Of a DNA stretch of 64,000 nt, positions 1 to 8,720 are shown piece by piece. A program made the position numbers and the translations under genes. How positions within the stretch are numbered: the first letter of the stretch is position 1; every line of letters begins with the position of its first letter. The notes below the pieces were generated by a model. The model was not told where the DNA came from and searched no databases. It saw nothing but the letters and a program-made list of their open reading frames with translations. Source of the stretch: Chloroflexota bacterium (GTDB lineage: Bacteria; Chloroflexota; UBA6077; FW602-bin22; JAMCWG01); NCBI GenBank assembly GCA_023475235.1, contig JAMCWG010000006.1, positions 33,377-97,376 of the forward strand, written 5' to 3'.

Positions 1-209
1 GGCAATGAGTGTGCCGGGGCAGGTGCTGGAGGGGGCGTCGGCGGAGCGTCCGCCCCAATCCGAGCTCCACAACCCGTGCAGAAGGCGTTGCCGGGGACGA
101 GTGGCCTTCCACAGTTGGTGCAGAAGCGGGCTTCAGGCACCAGGGCGCCGCAGTTGGTGCAGAACTTCTGACCCGCGCCGACGTCGGCGCCACAGGCCGT
201 GCATTTCAT
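1..209 (-). CDS. zinc-ribbon domain protein, N-terminal part (gene runs off window start)
   Basis: Minus-strand ATG at 209-207 preceded by GAGGGA. Hand translation MKCTACGADVGAGQKFCTNCGALVPEARFCTNCGRPLVPGNAFCTGCGARIG... shows repeated CxxC / FCxxCG zinc-ribbon units. Absent from the ORF track because there is no stop inside the window. Confidence 0.5.
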   Translation of the reverse strand, partial: MKCTACGADVGAGQKFCTNCGALVPEARFCTNCGRPLVPGNAFCTGCGARIGADAPPTPPPAPAPAHSL

Positions 210-336
210 GGCGGATTCCCTCTGCTTGGAGAGTCAATTGGCCGTGCTAGCCGATCAGCCGGTCCCTTAATGGAGTTTTATGTGAGGCGCATTATATACG
301 AATTGCTGGCCAAGTCAATATGTTCCCCCGCTCTTC

Positions 337-2046
337 TCACCTTCGCCGTACTGACACACCTGGTGTAACGAGGGCCACACGGTACTTCGCGTCTGCTTTC
401 GGTCCTCTCCGCACCACGTAGCCCGTGTCTACCAGCTTCCCCAGCATATCGCGAGCTTGGTCGACGGCGATGTTCATTCCTTCGGCCAGTTGCTCGGCCG
501 TGGCCTCTCGCTGGGCCAGCAGCGCGTGCATCAGCGTCTCCTCCTGTGGGGAGAGGCCGGCGGTCATCGGCTGCGGCCCCAGCAGGGTACGCAGCGTGGG
601 GATGCCCGAGAGGACGCCGCTGTATTCCGTCAGGGGGCTTTCCACCACCACACCTTTCTCCGTAATGCGGAACTGGGTAATGGCTAACGAGTGATTGGAG
701 GTTCGCATCTTCACCACCATAAGGAATCTTCGCAACTGCGACTCTATTTCGGCATACCTCAGAATGATGACGTTGTCGGCCAGAAATGATACGTGGAGCG
801 GCGAAATGACGAAGTCCACGAAGACGTTGGGGATCTCGGTGGTCATCAGCGTCGTGATCCCCTCGGCGGAGAGCGTGGCGATGAGCCGGTACAGGGCCTC
901 GCGGAACTCCGGCTCGTCGGAGGGCGAGATACCCAGCTCGAAGCCCGAGATGGAGTTGATGACGACCCGCTTGGCCTTGACCTCCCGTGCCGTACGGTGG
1001 ACCCGGTACAGCACCTCGTCGACGGAGAGGTCCAGCGGCCGCAGGTAGATCATCCTCAGCAGGTCCTGCTCTTCCCATTTGGACAGGTCCCATCCGAAGC
1101 CCAGCGCCTTGCGCCTCTGCTCGCGAGGGTGCTCCTCGAAGGTAACCATCACGCCGGGCTCTCCCTGGCGCACGCCCTCGGCGATGAAGTGAAGGGACAG
1201 CAAAGTCTTGCCGGTGCCGGCGCTGCCGGCGATCAAGGTTGCCTCGCCGCGGGGTATGCCGCCGGCCATCATCTCATCCAGCCCCGACACTCCGAACTTC
1301 AAGCGGTCTAGCGTGGGGAGGGGGTCCGTCGGCTGGGCAATGGGCACCATCCGCGGAAATATCTCTATCCCATTCGAATTGATACGAAAGGTATGTTTGC
1401 CGCTGAGCGACGGCTGGCCGCGCAGCTTGACCACCTGTAGCTTGTGCACTACCGCGTTGCCCACCGGCTGCTGGCTCATCATGATGATGCCATCCACGGC
1501 CGAGAACTCTGGTTCTGTGAAAATCTCGTCCTCGGCGTACTCCCCCAGCAGGAAGGTGGTCACGTTCCAGGTGGCCAGCAGGGAGCTGATGTCGTGAACG
1601 AAGGAGCGGACGTTCTCGCCGCGCAATTCGCCAATCTCCTTGATACCTTTGAAGGAATCGATGGCCACGAAGGCCGGAGTGACCGCCGAGAGCCCTTCGG
1701 CGATGTGCTCCAGAGTCTTCGCCAGTCCTTCTTTGATGGCTATCGATCCAAGGTCCTCATAGAAGATGGCTGTCTCTATTCTGCTGGCATCATAGAAATC
1801 AAACTGTTGCTGGTACCGCAGCATCTTGATGGTGGGCTCGCCCAGTGCCGCGAAGTAGATGGCCTTGGCGGCGGGTGTGGCGTTGTGAAACAGGAACTGA
1901 TGGGCCAGCGTCGTCTTTCCTACGCCGGGGGCTCCCGCCAGTATATTTACGGAATAGGCCGGGACGCCGCCGCCAAGCACCGGGTCTAACTGGGGTATCC
2001 CAGAGGGAATCCTCTCGATTCCTATCCTGTCTGTCTGGCCTGCCAC
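337..2046 (-). CDS. KaiC-like double RecA-fold ATPase with C-terminal winged-helix-like domain
   Basis: 569 aa. Two tandem KaiC/RadA-like halves, each with a Walker A motif (GAPGVGKT, GSAGTGKT). The C-terminal ~70 aa (LSPQEETLMHALL...LVDTGYVVRR) resembles a MarR-type wHTH. Confidence 0.85.
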   Translation of the reverse strand: MAGQTDRIGIERIPSGIPQLDPVLGGGVPAYSVNILAGAPGVGKTTLAHQFLFHNATPAAKAIYFAALGEPTIKMLRYQQQFDFYDASRIETAIFYEDLGSIAIKEGLAKTLEHIAEGLSAVTPAFVAIDSFKGIKEIGELRGENVRSFVHDISSLLATWNVTTFLLGEYAEDEIFTEPEFSAVDGIIMMSQQPVGNAVVHKLQVVKLRGQPSLSGKHTFRINSNGIEIFPRMVPIAQPTDPLPTLDRLKFGVSGLDEMMAGGIPRGEATLIAGSAGTGKTLLSLHFIAEGVRQGEPGVMVTFEEHPREQRRKALGFGWDLSKWEEQDLLRMIYLRPLDLSVDEVLYRVHRTAREVKAKRVVINSISGFELGISPSDEPEFREALYRLIATLSAEGITTLMTTEIPNVFVDFVISPLHVSFLADNVIILRYAEIESQLRRFLMVVKMRTSNHSLAITQFRITEKGVVVESPLTEYSGVLSGIPTLRTLLGPQPMTAGLSPQEETLMHALLAQREATAEQLAEGMNIAVDQARDMLGKLVDTGYVVRRGPKADAKYRVALVTPGVSVRRR

Positions 2047-2185
2047 TGCTTTCCTCCTGTCCGTTGTGGCTCAGTGGTGGTCATTCCTATCATCCGTAAG
2101 CCGTGGCCACGCGAACTGCCGGGCAGCCCGGCTATTGACGGCCCGGGTATCGCAACAGTCAGCCGCTAACTGATTGGCTATATGC

Positions 2186-2410
2186 TCATAGTTGGCTGCC
2201 GTTGCGCGCAACGTAGTCGCACAGTTCGTTGAAGTCGGCGCCCGTATCCTGGAGCTTTATCTTCTGCACGAGCGGTACCCGCCTCGCCGCCAACTGGATG
2301 GACCGTCCGAGCGCGGCTTTCATAAGACTCCCATTTCTCAGGCAGCATGTCAAGCACTTTTTCAGGAGTTTGTTGCTTGTTGTTGAGTGATCGGCGCCGT
2401 TGCTCGGCAT
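2186..2410 (-). CDS. small hypothetical protein (start uncertain: ATG 2410 or ATG 2323)
   Basis: In this frame, third-codon positions over the 3' half are strongly G/C, unlike the overlapping frame 2178-2435. GGGAGG lies upstream of ATG 2410 and GGGAG upstream of ATG 2323. No recognisable family. Confidence 0.3.
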   Translation of the reverse strand: MPSNGADHSTTSNKLLKKCLTCCLRNGSLMKAALGRSIQLAARRVPLVQKIKLQDTGADFNELCDYVARNGSQL

Positions 2411-2640
2411 CACCTCCCGAAGTGGGATTCGCCACCTGATTTCACTCGCGAGCATTGTCAAGCTGCCCGCGGGCCGCTAAAATGACCGTGGCCAGCTTAT
2501 CCCGGCTTCCCAAAGGAAATGAGCGCCGGGCGCCGTAGCGCTTGGCAGCAGGCGGGCACCTTGTCAGGGGGCCCCTCGATTCGTTATAGTAAACATTACA
2601 GACCAACCGGCGCAAACCATCGTTAGGAGGACATATTCGC

Positions 2641-3357
2641 GTGGCCACATCTGAAGCGGGCCGGAAAGCAGTCAAGACGCCGCCCCGCCCCCTGCGTCGC
2701 CCGTTGCTGGAGGCCCTGCCCTACTTCACCGGGCTCAGCCCCCAGGCCCGGAGCGACGTGGAGGCGCGGCTGGTGCGGCTCACCCTGGAAAAGGGAGAGG
2801 CCGCGTTGTTGGAGGGCGAGCCTTCCGATCGGCTGTTCTTCGTCGCCAAGGGCCGGCTCAAGCTGCTCAGGACCTCCGAGGGTGGGCGGGAGCATATCCT
2901 ACGGCTGCTGCGGCCGGGCGACTCGTTCAATGAGGTGGCCGTTTTCGACGGCGGGCCCGCGCCGGCGACGGTGATGGCCCTGGAGCCCGTGACACTCTAT
3001 TATCTGCGGCGCAAAGACGTGCTGGAGCTGCTGTCGCGCTATCCGGTCGTGGCCGAGCAGGTCACGCGCTATCTGGCGCAGCAGTTGCGGGAGCTGGTCT
3101 CGATGGTTGAGGACCTGTCCTTCAAGCACGTCAGCGCCCGGCTGGCCAAGCTGCTGCTGACGCACGCCCAGCCTGCGGCGGGCAATGGCGCCGGCCTGCG
3201 GGAGCACCTTACCCAGCAGGATATGGCGGCGATGATCGGCACGGCGCGCGAGGTGGTGGCGCGCTCCCTGCGCGACCTCGAACAGTCCGGCGCCATCCGG
3301 ATCGACCGGCGGCGCATCATCATCACGAATCGCAAGCTCCTGGAGGAGCTGGCCTAG
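2641..3357 (+). CDS. Crp/Fnr family transcriptional regulator
   Basis: 238 aa with a GTG start after AGGAGG. It has an N-terminal cNMP-binding-type beta-roll (FFVAKGRLKLLRTSEGGRE) and a C-terminal HTH (QQDMAAMIGTAREVVARSLRDLEQSGAI). Confidence 0.85.
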   Translation: MATSEAGRKAVKTPPRPLRRPLLEALPYFTGLSPQARSDVEARLVRLTLEKGEAALLEGEPSDRLFFVAKGRLKLLRTSEGGREHILRLLRPGDSFNEVAVFDGGPAPATVMALEPVTLYYLRRKDVLELLSRYPVVAEQVTRYLAQQLRELVSMVEDLSFKHVSARLAKLLLTHAQPAAGNGAGLREHLTQQDMAAMIGTAREVVARSLRDLEQSGAIRIDRRRIIITNRKLLEELA

Positions 3358-3435
3358 TTTGCAACCAAAGTTACATAACCTACGAGCGATGTGGCTTATC
3401 TTGTTATTAGTATTCCAGGAATGGAGGCGATGGGT

Positions 3436-3684
3436 ATGGGCGAACAAGCGCCTCAAATCGACGAAGATCTGTGCAGTGGCTGTGGCGACTGCGCGCTGGT
3501 ATGCCCACTGGATGGTATCGTTATCGAAGGTGGCAAGGCCCATCTGTTAGACGATATTCCATGCGATGCTTGCGGCAATTGCGAAGCGGTGTGTCCCACT
3601 GGTGCGATGGGCGTTGCTTACGAAGTGGTATTCGACGATGAAGCGAGCGACGCCGACCAACCCGTGCTGGATGTGGTAGAATAA
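3436..3684 (+). CDS. 2x[4Fe-4S] ferredoxin
   Basis: Two CxxCxxCxxxCP motifs (CSGCGDCALVCP, CDACGNCEAVCP). GGAGG lies 8 nt upstream of ATG 3436, whereas the ORF track starts earlier at 3391. Confidence 0.8.
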   Translation: MGEQAPQIDEDLCSGCGDCALVCPLDGIVIEGGKAHLLDDIPCDACGNCEAVCPTGAMGVAYEVVFDDEASDADQPVLDVVE

Positions 3685-3744
3685 AGACGCTGGCATACTG
3701 AGATTCAACATAACAGCTACGAAAATACTGGGGAGGCTGAGGAT

Positions 3745-4047
3745 ATGGCGGTAACGAAAGATCAGGTGACAGAGGCCCTGAAGGAAGTTTACGATCCGGA
3801 GATCCCGATCAATGTGGTGGACTTGGGCTTGATATACGATGTGGATATACAGGACGGCACGGTCAACGTCAAGATGACGATGACGGCGCCGGGTTGCCCG
3901 ATGCACACCACGATCGCCGCAGATGTGCGACGGGTCATCCAGAACATCGAGGGTGTTGAGAAGGCGAACGTACAGGTGGTATGGGAGCCACGGTGGACGC
4001 CCGCCCGCCTGAGCGAAGACGCCAAGAAGAGGCTGGGCTTCGGATAG
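3745..4047 (+). CDS. DUF59 / SufT-like (MIP18 family) Fe-S cluster assembly protein
   Basis: 100 aa. Family-typical VYDPEIPINVVDLGLIYDV and TMTAPGCPM motifs. Confidence 0.8.
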   Translation: MAVTKDQVTEALKEVYDPEIPINVVDLGLIYDVDIQDGTVNVKMTMTAPGCPMHTTIAADVRRVIQNIEGVEKANVQVVWEPRWTPARLSEDAKKRLGFG

Positions 4048-4076
4048 TCTCGCCTTTAGCTTGAGGGCCCAGAATA

Positions 4077-4112
4077 AAAGAGACAGAGGCCATCTGCCAC
4101 TGTCTCTTTTTG
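4077..4112 (+). terminator. rho-independent terminator after the DUF59 gene
   Basis: 10-bp stem AAAGAGACAG (4077-4086) / CTGTCTCTTT (4100-4109), running into a T-tract. Confidence 0.55.
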
Positions 4113-4123
4113 CGTGCTGGTCT

Positions 4124-4159
4124 GCGGGGCTTGCCTGGCGTGCGCCAGGCAAGCCCCGC
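4124..4159. terminator. GC-rich hairpin between convergent genes
   Basis: Inverted repeat GCGGGGCTTGCCTGGC / GCCAGGCAAGCCCCGC with a short loop. It sits between the + strand operon end and the minus-strand flavodoxin gene end. No clear T-tract. Confidence 0.35.
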
Positions 4160-4174
4160 GTGGGCTAGGGGCAG

Positions 4175-4747
4175 TTACGGTCCCTTGAGCACCAGTTCGG
4201 CCGCTTGCCGCTCAACGTTCGCCAGGTCTTCGATGCTGGGCCGGCCCCGAATGTCTCCTAGCCTGCCCAGGGTACTCAGGTCCTCCCGCCCGTGAAACTC
4301 CCCCACGATGTACCATTCGTGCAGCACGTCGAAACCGATGTGTGCGAAGAACTGTCCCAGGTACTTGCCCACAGGGATAGCCTCGTCAATGCCGGTGTGG
4401 GGTCCCGAGTATGTCACGAACACGATTGCCCGCTTACCGGGCACCTTGGGGGCGCCGGGCTTGATGTCGCCTCGGTCTCGGTGATGCCTTATCTTCTCTT
4501 TTACGTACCGCAGTACCGGCTCGGGAGGAAGGAAGGAGTAGGACGGCGCTCCGAAGAAGACGAGGTCGTAGTCGTACAGGTCGATGCCGCCCGCCTCCGC
4601 CACCGTCCTTACCATAGGCTGCACGCTCGCGGACATCAATCCTCGCTGGACGGCCTCTGCCACTTTCTTCGTGTTGCCGGAAGCCGACCAGTAGACGATC
4701 ATCGCGCGCAGCCCAGGAGCATCGTGATGCTCGATTGTCCTAGCCAC
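4175..4747 (-). CDS. flavodoxin-like protein
   Basis: MIVYWSASGNTKKVAE matches the flavodoxin FMN-phosphate loop. GGAGGAGG lies 8 nt upstream of GTG 4747; the ORF track's longer form starts at 4792. Confidence 0.7.
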   Translation of the reverse strand: MARTIEHHDAPGLRAMIVYWSASGNTKKVAEAVQRGLMSASVQPMVRTVAEAGGIDLYDYDLVFFGAPSYSFLPPEPVLRYVKEKIRHHRDRGDIKPGAPKVPGKRAIVFVTYSGPHTGIDEAIPVGKYLGQFFAHIGFDVLHEWYIVGEFHGREDLSTLGRLGDIRGRPSIEDLANVERQAAELVLKGP

Positions 4748-4870
4748 AGGAGAAACCTCCTCCAGTGAGGTCCTTCGAAGACTTTCGATCAATTCGTCTT
4801 GGTGCCCATCTCCGCCTGCCGATAAACCCTGCGCGGGTCCAGAACCCGCGCAGGGTTCCCGGTATATTCC

Positions 4871-5953
4871 TTAGCCGACCGACGGCACCTTCACGCCCAG
4901 CTCGGCGGCGATTTTGGCGCTGTTCTCCCATACCTTCGGCAGCACCGGCACGCCGTTGGCCATATTGGTCTCGTACTTCTCCCACTCCGGCTCGCCCGGC
5001 ATATAGATCTTGCTCACGCCCTTCGCCAGCCGCGATGATTTCATCTGCTGCGCCAGCGTGTCCACGCGCTGCTTGAACTCATCCGGCGGCATCAGCACGC
5101 TTGGGTCCAGCGCGATGAAGAAGTGGCCGATATCCAGGGGGACGTTCTGGCCGCGCCGCTCGCCGCTGAGCAGCGTGCCGAAGCTGGAGTAGCTCATAAC
5201 GCCGCACAGGATCTCGGCGATGACGCTCAGACCGTAGCCCTTTGGCCCGGCGACGGGCACCAGCGAGCCCCCGTGGGCCAGCGCCCGGGCGTCGTGGGTG
5301 GGGTCGCCCTCGCTGTCGATGGCCCAGCCGAACGGGATATCTTCGCCCTTGTTGGCGGCGATATTCAGCTTGCCGGCAGCCACAACGGTGGTGGCCATAT
5401 CGAGCACTACCGGGTACTTGCCGCCGCTGGGAATGGCCCAGCACAGCGGATCGTTGCCCAGGCTCTTGGTGAGGCCGCCGAAGGGGGCCAGCGTGCACCC
5501 GGCATTGGTGGTCGAGTACCCGATAAGGCCCTCTTTCGCAGCCATAATCGCGTAGTAAGCCGCCGCGCCGTAGTGGTTGCTGTGGCCAACCGCGACGGTG
5601 GCGATGCCCGCGCCCTTGGCCTTCTTGATGCACAGCTCCATGCCCATCAGTCCGGCAAGCTGGCCCACGCCGTTCTTGGCGTCGATAAGGGCGGCGGAGG
5701 GAGTCTCGCGCACCACTTCCATCCTGGCCTTCCCGTCGATGAGGCCGGCCCTGAGGCGCGTGAGGTAATTGCCCAGGTTCTGAATGCCGTGGGAGTAGAC
5801 GCCGCGCAGGTCCGAGTTCACCAGCGTCTCGGCGACGCGCTCAGCATCGGGCCGCGGAACGCCCGCCTTCTCCAGCAGGTCGGTCTCGTAGGCTTTGAGA
5901 GTCTGCCAGGGGATGAGGATCGGTACAGCCTCGGATTCGACTTTAGCTTCCAC
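4871..5953 (-). CDS. Ldh_2 family oxidoreductase (type-2 malate/L-lactate dehydrogenase family)
   Basis: SHGIQNLGNYLTRLRAG, a central HSNHYGAAAYY segment and a C-terminal YMPGEPE are typical of the family. AAGGAGGAG lies upstream of GTG 5953. Confidence 0.8.
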   Translation of the reverse strand: MEAKVESEAVPILIPWQTLKAYETDLLEKAGVPRPDAERVAETLVNSDLRGVYSHGIQNLGNYLTRLRAGLIDGKARMEVVRETPSAALIDAKNGVGQLAGLMGMELCIKKAKGAGIATVAVGHSNHYGAAAYYAIMAAKEGLIGYSTTNAGCTLAPFGGLTKSLGNDPLCWAIPSGGKYPVVLDMATTVVAAGKLNIAANKGEDIPFGWAIDSEGDPTHDARALAHGGSLVPVAGPKGYGLSVIAEILCGVMSYSSFGTLLSGERRGQNVPLDIGHFFIALDPSVLMPPDEFKQRVDTLAQQMKSSRLAKGVSKIYMPGEPEWEKYETNMANGVPVLPKVWENSAKIAAELGVKVPSVG

Positions 5954-6152
5954 GTTGCTCCTCCTTTGGTGCATTCTTTAGTGCGCTATTATGGTGCGCT
6001 GTGACGTGTGCTCTAGCGGACGGTTTGACCCGCCAGCATCATAGGCTGCGGTGGCGACGATGTCAATTCGTCCGAGATGCGATGTAGATATAAACGGGCC
6101 GCGCACCCGCCGTGCGCGGCCTCGTCGGTGCACGAGGATGCGGGAACGCCGC

Positions 6153-6641
6153 CTACTTGTTGGAGCCGCTCCCAATCAAGACGGCGAGCTCGATGTTGTC
6201 GCCATCCTTCTTTGAGATAGTGATGGAGACGCTGCTATCACCCTTTGTGTAGGAGAGGACTCCGCCGTCGCCAGCAGTCATCGACATCTCCTCTTTGTAG
6301 CCCTGGTCGGTCAGCGTCTTCTTATAGAATGCGACTGTGTCTTCAACCTTGCCTTTCCCCTTCCAGCTAGCCACCGAGGTCTTGGCGCCGCCGGTGCTCA
6401 GCGTGCCTGCGCCGTCTTTCTGGGCAGTGAATCCTGGCGGGACCGGGAAGTTCTTCAGCTCGTCGGGGACGTTTGAGCTGACGGTCAACTGCTCGCCGTC
6501 TTTGCCCTTGATGGTGACGTTTTCACCCTTCTGGTCGACCTGAACGCCGGTGGCCTGCTCCACTGCCTTCTGGGCAGCTTGAGCGCAGCCGGTCAATAGC
6601 AATGCGAGGATAACGAGTGAGACGATCGCGACGCGGAACAA
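6153..6641 (-). CDS. lipoprotein of unknown function
   Basis: TTG start with AAGGAGG 9 nt upstream. Signal peptide with lipobox LLTGC. Confidence 0.6.
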   Translation of the reverse strand: MFRVAIVSLVILALLLTGCAQAAQKAVEQATGVQVDQKGENVTIKGKDGEQLTVSSNVPDELKNFPVPPGFTAQKDGAGTLSTGGAKTSVASWKGKGKVEDTVAFYKKTLTDQGYKEEMSMTAGDGGVLSYTKGDSSVSITISKKDGDNIELAVLIGSGSNK

Positions 6642-6785
6642 GCTCTCTTACCTCCTTGGCCGATTTTGAGTATCAACGATGAGTACTGCAGCCCTTCCGG
6701 CTGCGGGTCATAGGCCAGTATCTGCTCTTGGGTTGCCCCTGCGGGGTCACACCTCCTTTCCGTGCAAGCTCGGATTACTGGCCCA

Positions 6786-8483
6786 TCACTGCAAGGGTGG
6801 CTGCTCCGCCACCAGAGCTTCCTTGGGGAAAAGCCCCGCTTCCTTGCCCAAATCGCCGCCGTTAGCTACTGTCACGGTGCCGGCAGCAGCCCAGGGCACG
6901 TTCACCTTCCACAACTGAAGGACCGCCCGCTGCAGGCGGATGGCAAAGTGGGTGCCCATGTCCTGGACGCGCGAGTTGGGGAGGCCGAACTGGAGCATCG
7001 GCGCCAGCGAGGCGGCGTATCGGTCCCTGATGGCAGGGTAGGCGTCCATCAGCGCCAGGCGGCCCGCCACGACCTGGTCCCACGGTTTGCCGCGGTCGAA
7101 GTCGACGGGGAGCGGGTTCGGGGTGGAGCGCACGGTCCACAGCCAGGAATCCTTCTTCGCCAGGCTCAGCTCGTCGAGCACATTGGCGAAGTAGGCCTGG
7201 TTGACCTCCGGCCGCCATTGAAGCACTCCTTTCTGGAATGCCTGCACAGTGAAGTCCTTCCAGCGAAAGCGCCGGGAAATGGGATACCCCAGCGCGTCCA
7301 CGCCGCCCAGCCGCTGATACTCGTCCCAGAAGCGCACGCCGCCGTCGTTCGTGATGGCGAAGCCCTTGCGGCGGGTGCCCGTGGGGAGGCCGTTGGCCTG
7401 GGTGAAGAAGTGGCCCTTGGCGATATCCCAGTCCAGTGCGCCGATGTCGCGCGAGAACGAGGTCAGGGCGCTCCAAGCTTCCCGCCCCTCGTGGCCCAGC
7501 CGCCAGGTGGCATAGCCCCCGAGATCATATTTCGGAGCGAGGGCCACTTTGGCGGCGATGGACCGCTGGTTCTCGTACCATATCACGTGGTCCGATCCGC
7601 CGTCGGTGTATCTCATCCAGGCCGATTGGTCCACCTCGTCGTACCCGTAAGTCCCCCGGAACCTGGCCTGTAGATCGGCGATGGCCGGGTAATTTCGGGT
7701 TACCGCGGCGCCGCCTTTGGTCATGTCCCAATCGTAGCCCCACAGGGCGATGCCCAGCAGCACCTTGTTGGGAGGAATCCGTGAGGCGATATACGCGGCG
7801 GACCTGTCTACCCAGAGCAGCGGCGCTGTCGAGCCGGGGGCGGCACTGCGGGCGGTCCGAAAGCCGTAGGTCATCACCACCACCAGATCGCTGGACTGGC
7901 CGAGAGCGGCGTAATCGTAGGCGCCGGCCCAGCCGGTCGTCTTCTCCTCGGTCTTGGCGGCCACGGCGATGGTGGTCAGCTTGCCGCGGGGGCCGAGGGC
8001 GGCGGAAAGATCGGCCATAAACTGGCTGAGGCCCGCCCGGTCGGCCGCGCTGAGGTCCTCGAAGTCGATGTGGATGCCATCGTAATTGTTCTGCGCCACC
8101 AGGTTGACCAGGTTGCCGATGGCCTTCTGGCGCAGGGCAGGATCGTTCAGCACGGGGCTGAAGTCATCCTGCTTGGCGCTGTTGTGCACCAGCGGCACCA
8201 GCTTGGCCCCGTTGGCCCGCACGATGTTGCTCACCGCCGGCACGTCGGCGCCGGAAAGCTGGCCGCTGCCATCCATATTGAAGTACTCGGGGGAGACGTA
8301 GTCCAGCTCGCCGATATTGGCCTGCAGGGAGGCCAGCGAAGCCGGATCGTAAGCCACCCAGTAGGCCCAGCGAATGAGGGGCGGGCCGGCAGCCGACGCA
8401 GGAGATGTGTGCCAGAAAGAAATGAGCGTCGACGCTCCTGCAAGCAATGCGGCACAGAGTATGGGTATCAGCGAAAGCCTCAA
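6786..8483 (-). CDS. secreted GH18-family glycoside hydrolase with a 209-aa C-terminal domain of unknown function
   Basis: Signal peptide. The GH18 active-site strand YDGIHIDFEDL is a DxxDxDxE variant, as in YaaH/SleL-type members. The C-terminal domain (6789-7415) is paralogous to the C-terminus of ORF 43040-44569. Confidence 0.75.
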   Translation of the reverse strand: MRLSLIPILCAALLAGASTLISFWHTSPASAAGPPLIRWAYWVAYDPASLASLQANIGELDYVSPEYFNMDGSGQLSGADVPAVSNIVRANGAKLVPLVHNSAKQDDFSPVLNDPALRQKAIGNLVNLVAQNNYDGIHIDFEDLSAADRAGLSQFMADLSAALGPRGKLTTIAVAAKTEEKTTGWAGAYDYAALGQSSDLVVVMTYGFRTARSAAPGSTAPLLWVDRSAAYIASRIPPNKVLLGIALWGYDWDMTKGGAAVTRNYPAIADLQARFRGTYGYDEVDQSAWMRYTDGGSDHVIWYENQRSIAAKVALAPKYDLGGYATWRLGHEGREAWSALTSFSRDIGALDWDIAKGHFFTQANGLPTGTRRKGFAITNDGGVRFWDEYQRLGGVDALGYPISRRFRWKDFTVQAFQKGVLQWRPEVNQAYFANVLDELSLAKKDSWLWTVRSTPNPLPVDFDRGKPWDQVVAGRLALMDAYPAIRDRYAASLAPMLQFGLPNSRVQDMGTHFAIRLQRAVLQLWKVNVPWAAAGTVTVANGGDLGKEAGLFPKEALVAEQPPLQ

Positions 8484-8608
8484 ACCTCGTGCTCCATCAG
8501 CGGTTCGTTAAAGTATATCATCAGGCGTCAACCCCGCGAAGTTGACGCTGCCGGGCGGCGATGCTAGCATCCGCCTCGACGCTTACGTTATTAGTGTCGA
8601 CTGAGGGC

Positions 8609-8636
8609 AGCGACGACTAAAGTCGTTACTACGAGG
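8609..8636. repeat. 28-nt hairpin repeat, copy 1
   Basis: AGCGACGACTAAAGTCGTTACTACGAGG. It matches copy 2 at 24 of 28 positions, with a GACGAC/GTCGT stem. Confidence 0.5.
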
Positions 8637-8646
8637 TGCGGGCGGT

Positions 8647-8674
8647 AGTGACGACTTCGGTCGTTACTACGAGG
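8647..8674. repeat. 28-nt hairpin repeat, copy 2
   Basis: AGTGACGACTTCGGTCGTTACTACGAGG. The stem GTAGTGACGAC/GTCGTTACTAC closes a TTCG loop. Confidence 0.5.
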
Positions 8675-8720
8675 CATAGAGGGTCCTTGTCCGTCCCGAA
8701 GATGACCCGAGGAGAAGCAT

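Noticed and set aside
5-368. Two overlapping plus-strand ORFs (81 and 119 aa) at the window start
   Set aside because: Their Arg/Pro/Trp-rich composition has no motif. The opposite strand encodes a clean zinc-ribbon protein with an RBS, so these are antisense shadows.
2178-2435. 85-aa minus-strand ORF overlapping ORF 2186-2461 in another frame
   Set aside because: Third-codon positions in this frame are A/T-rich over the 3' half, whereas the competing frame has the G/C-rich third positions expected in this genome.
6762-7673. 303-aa plus-strand ORF
   Set aside because: It is antisense to the GH18 gene, which has a signal peptide and a catalytic motif. Its low-complexity Arg/Gly/Pro content is typical of high-GC antisense frames.
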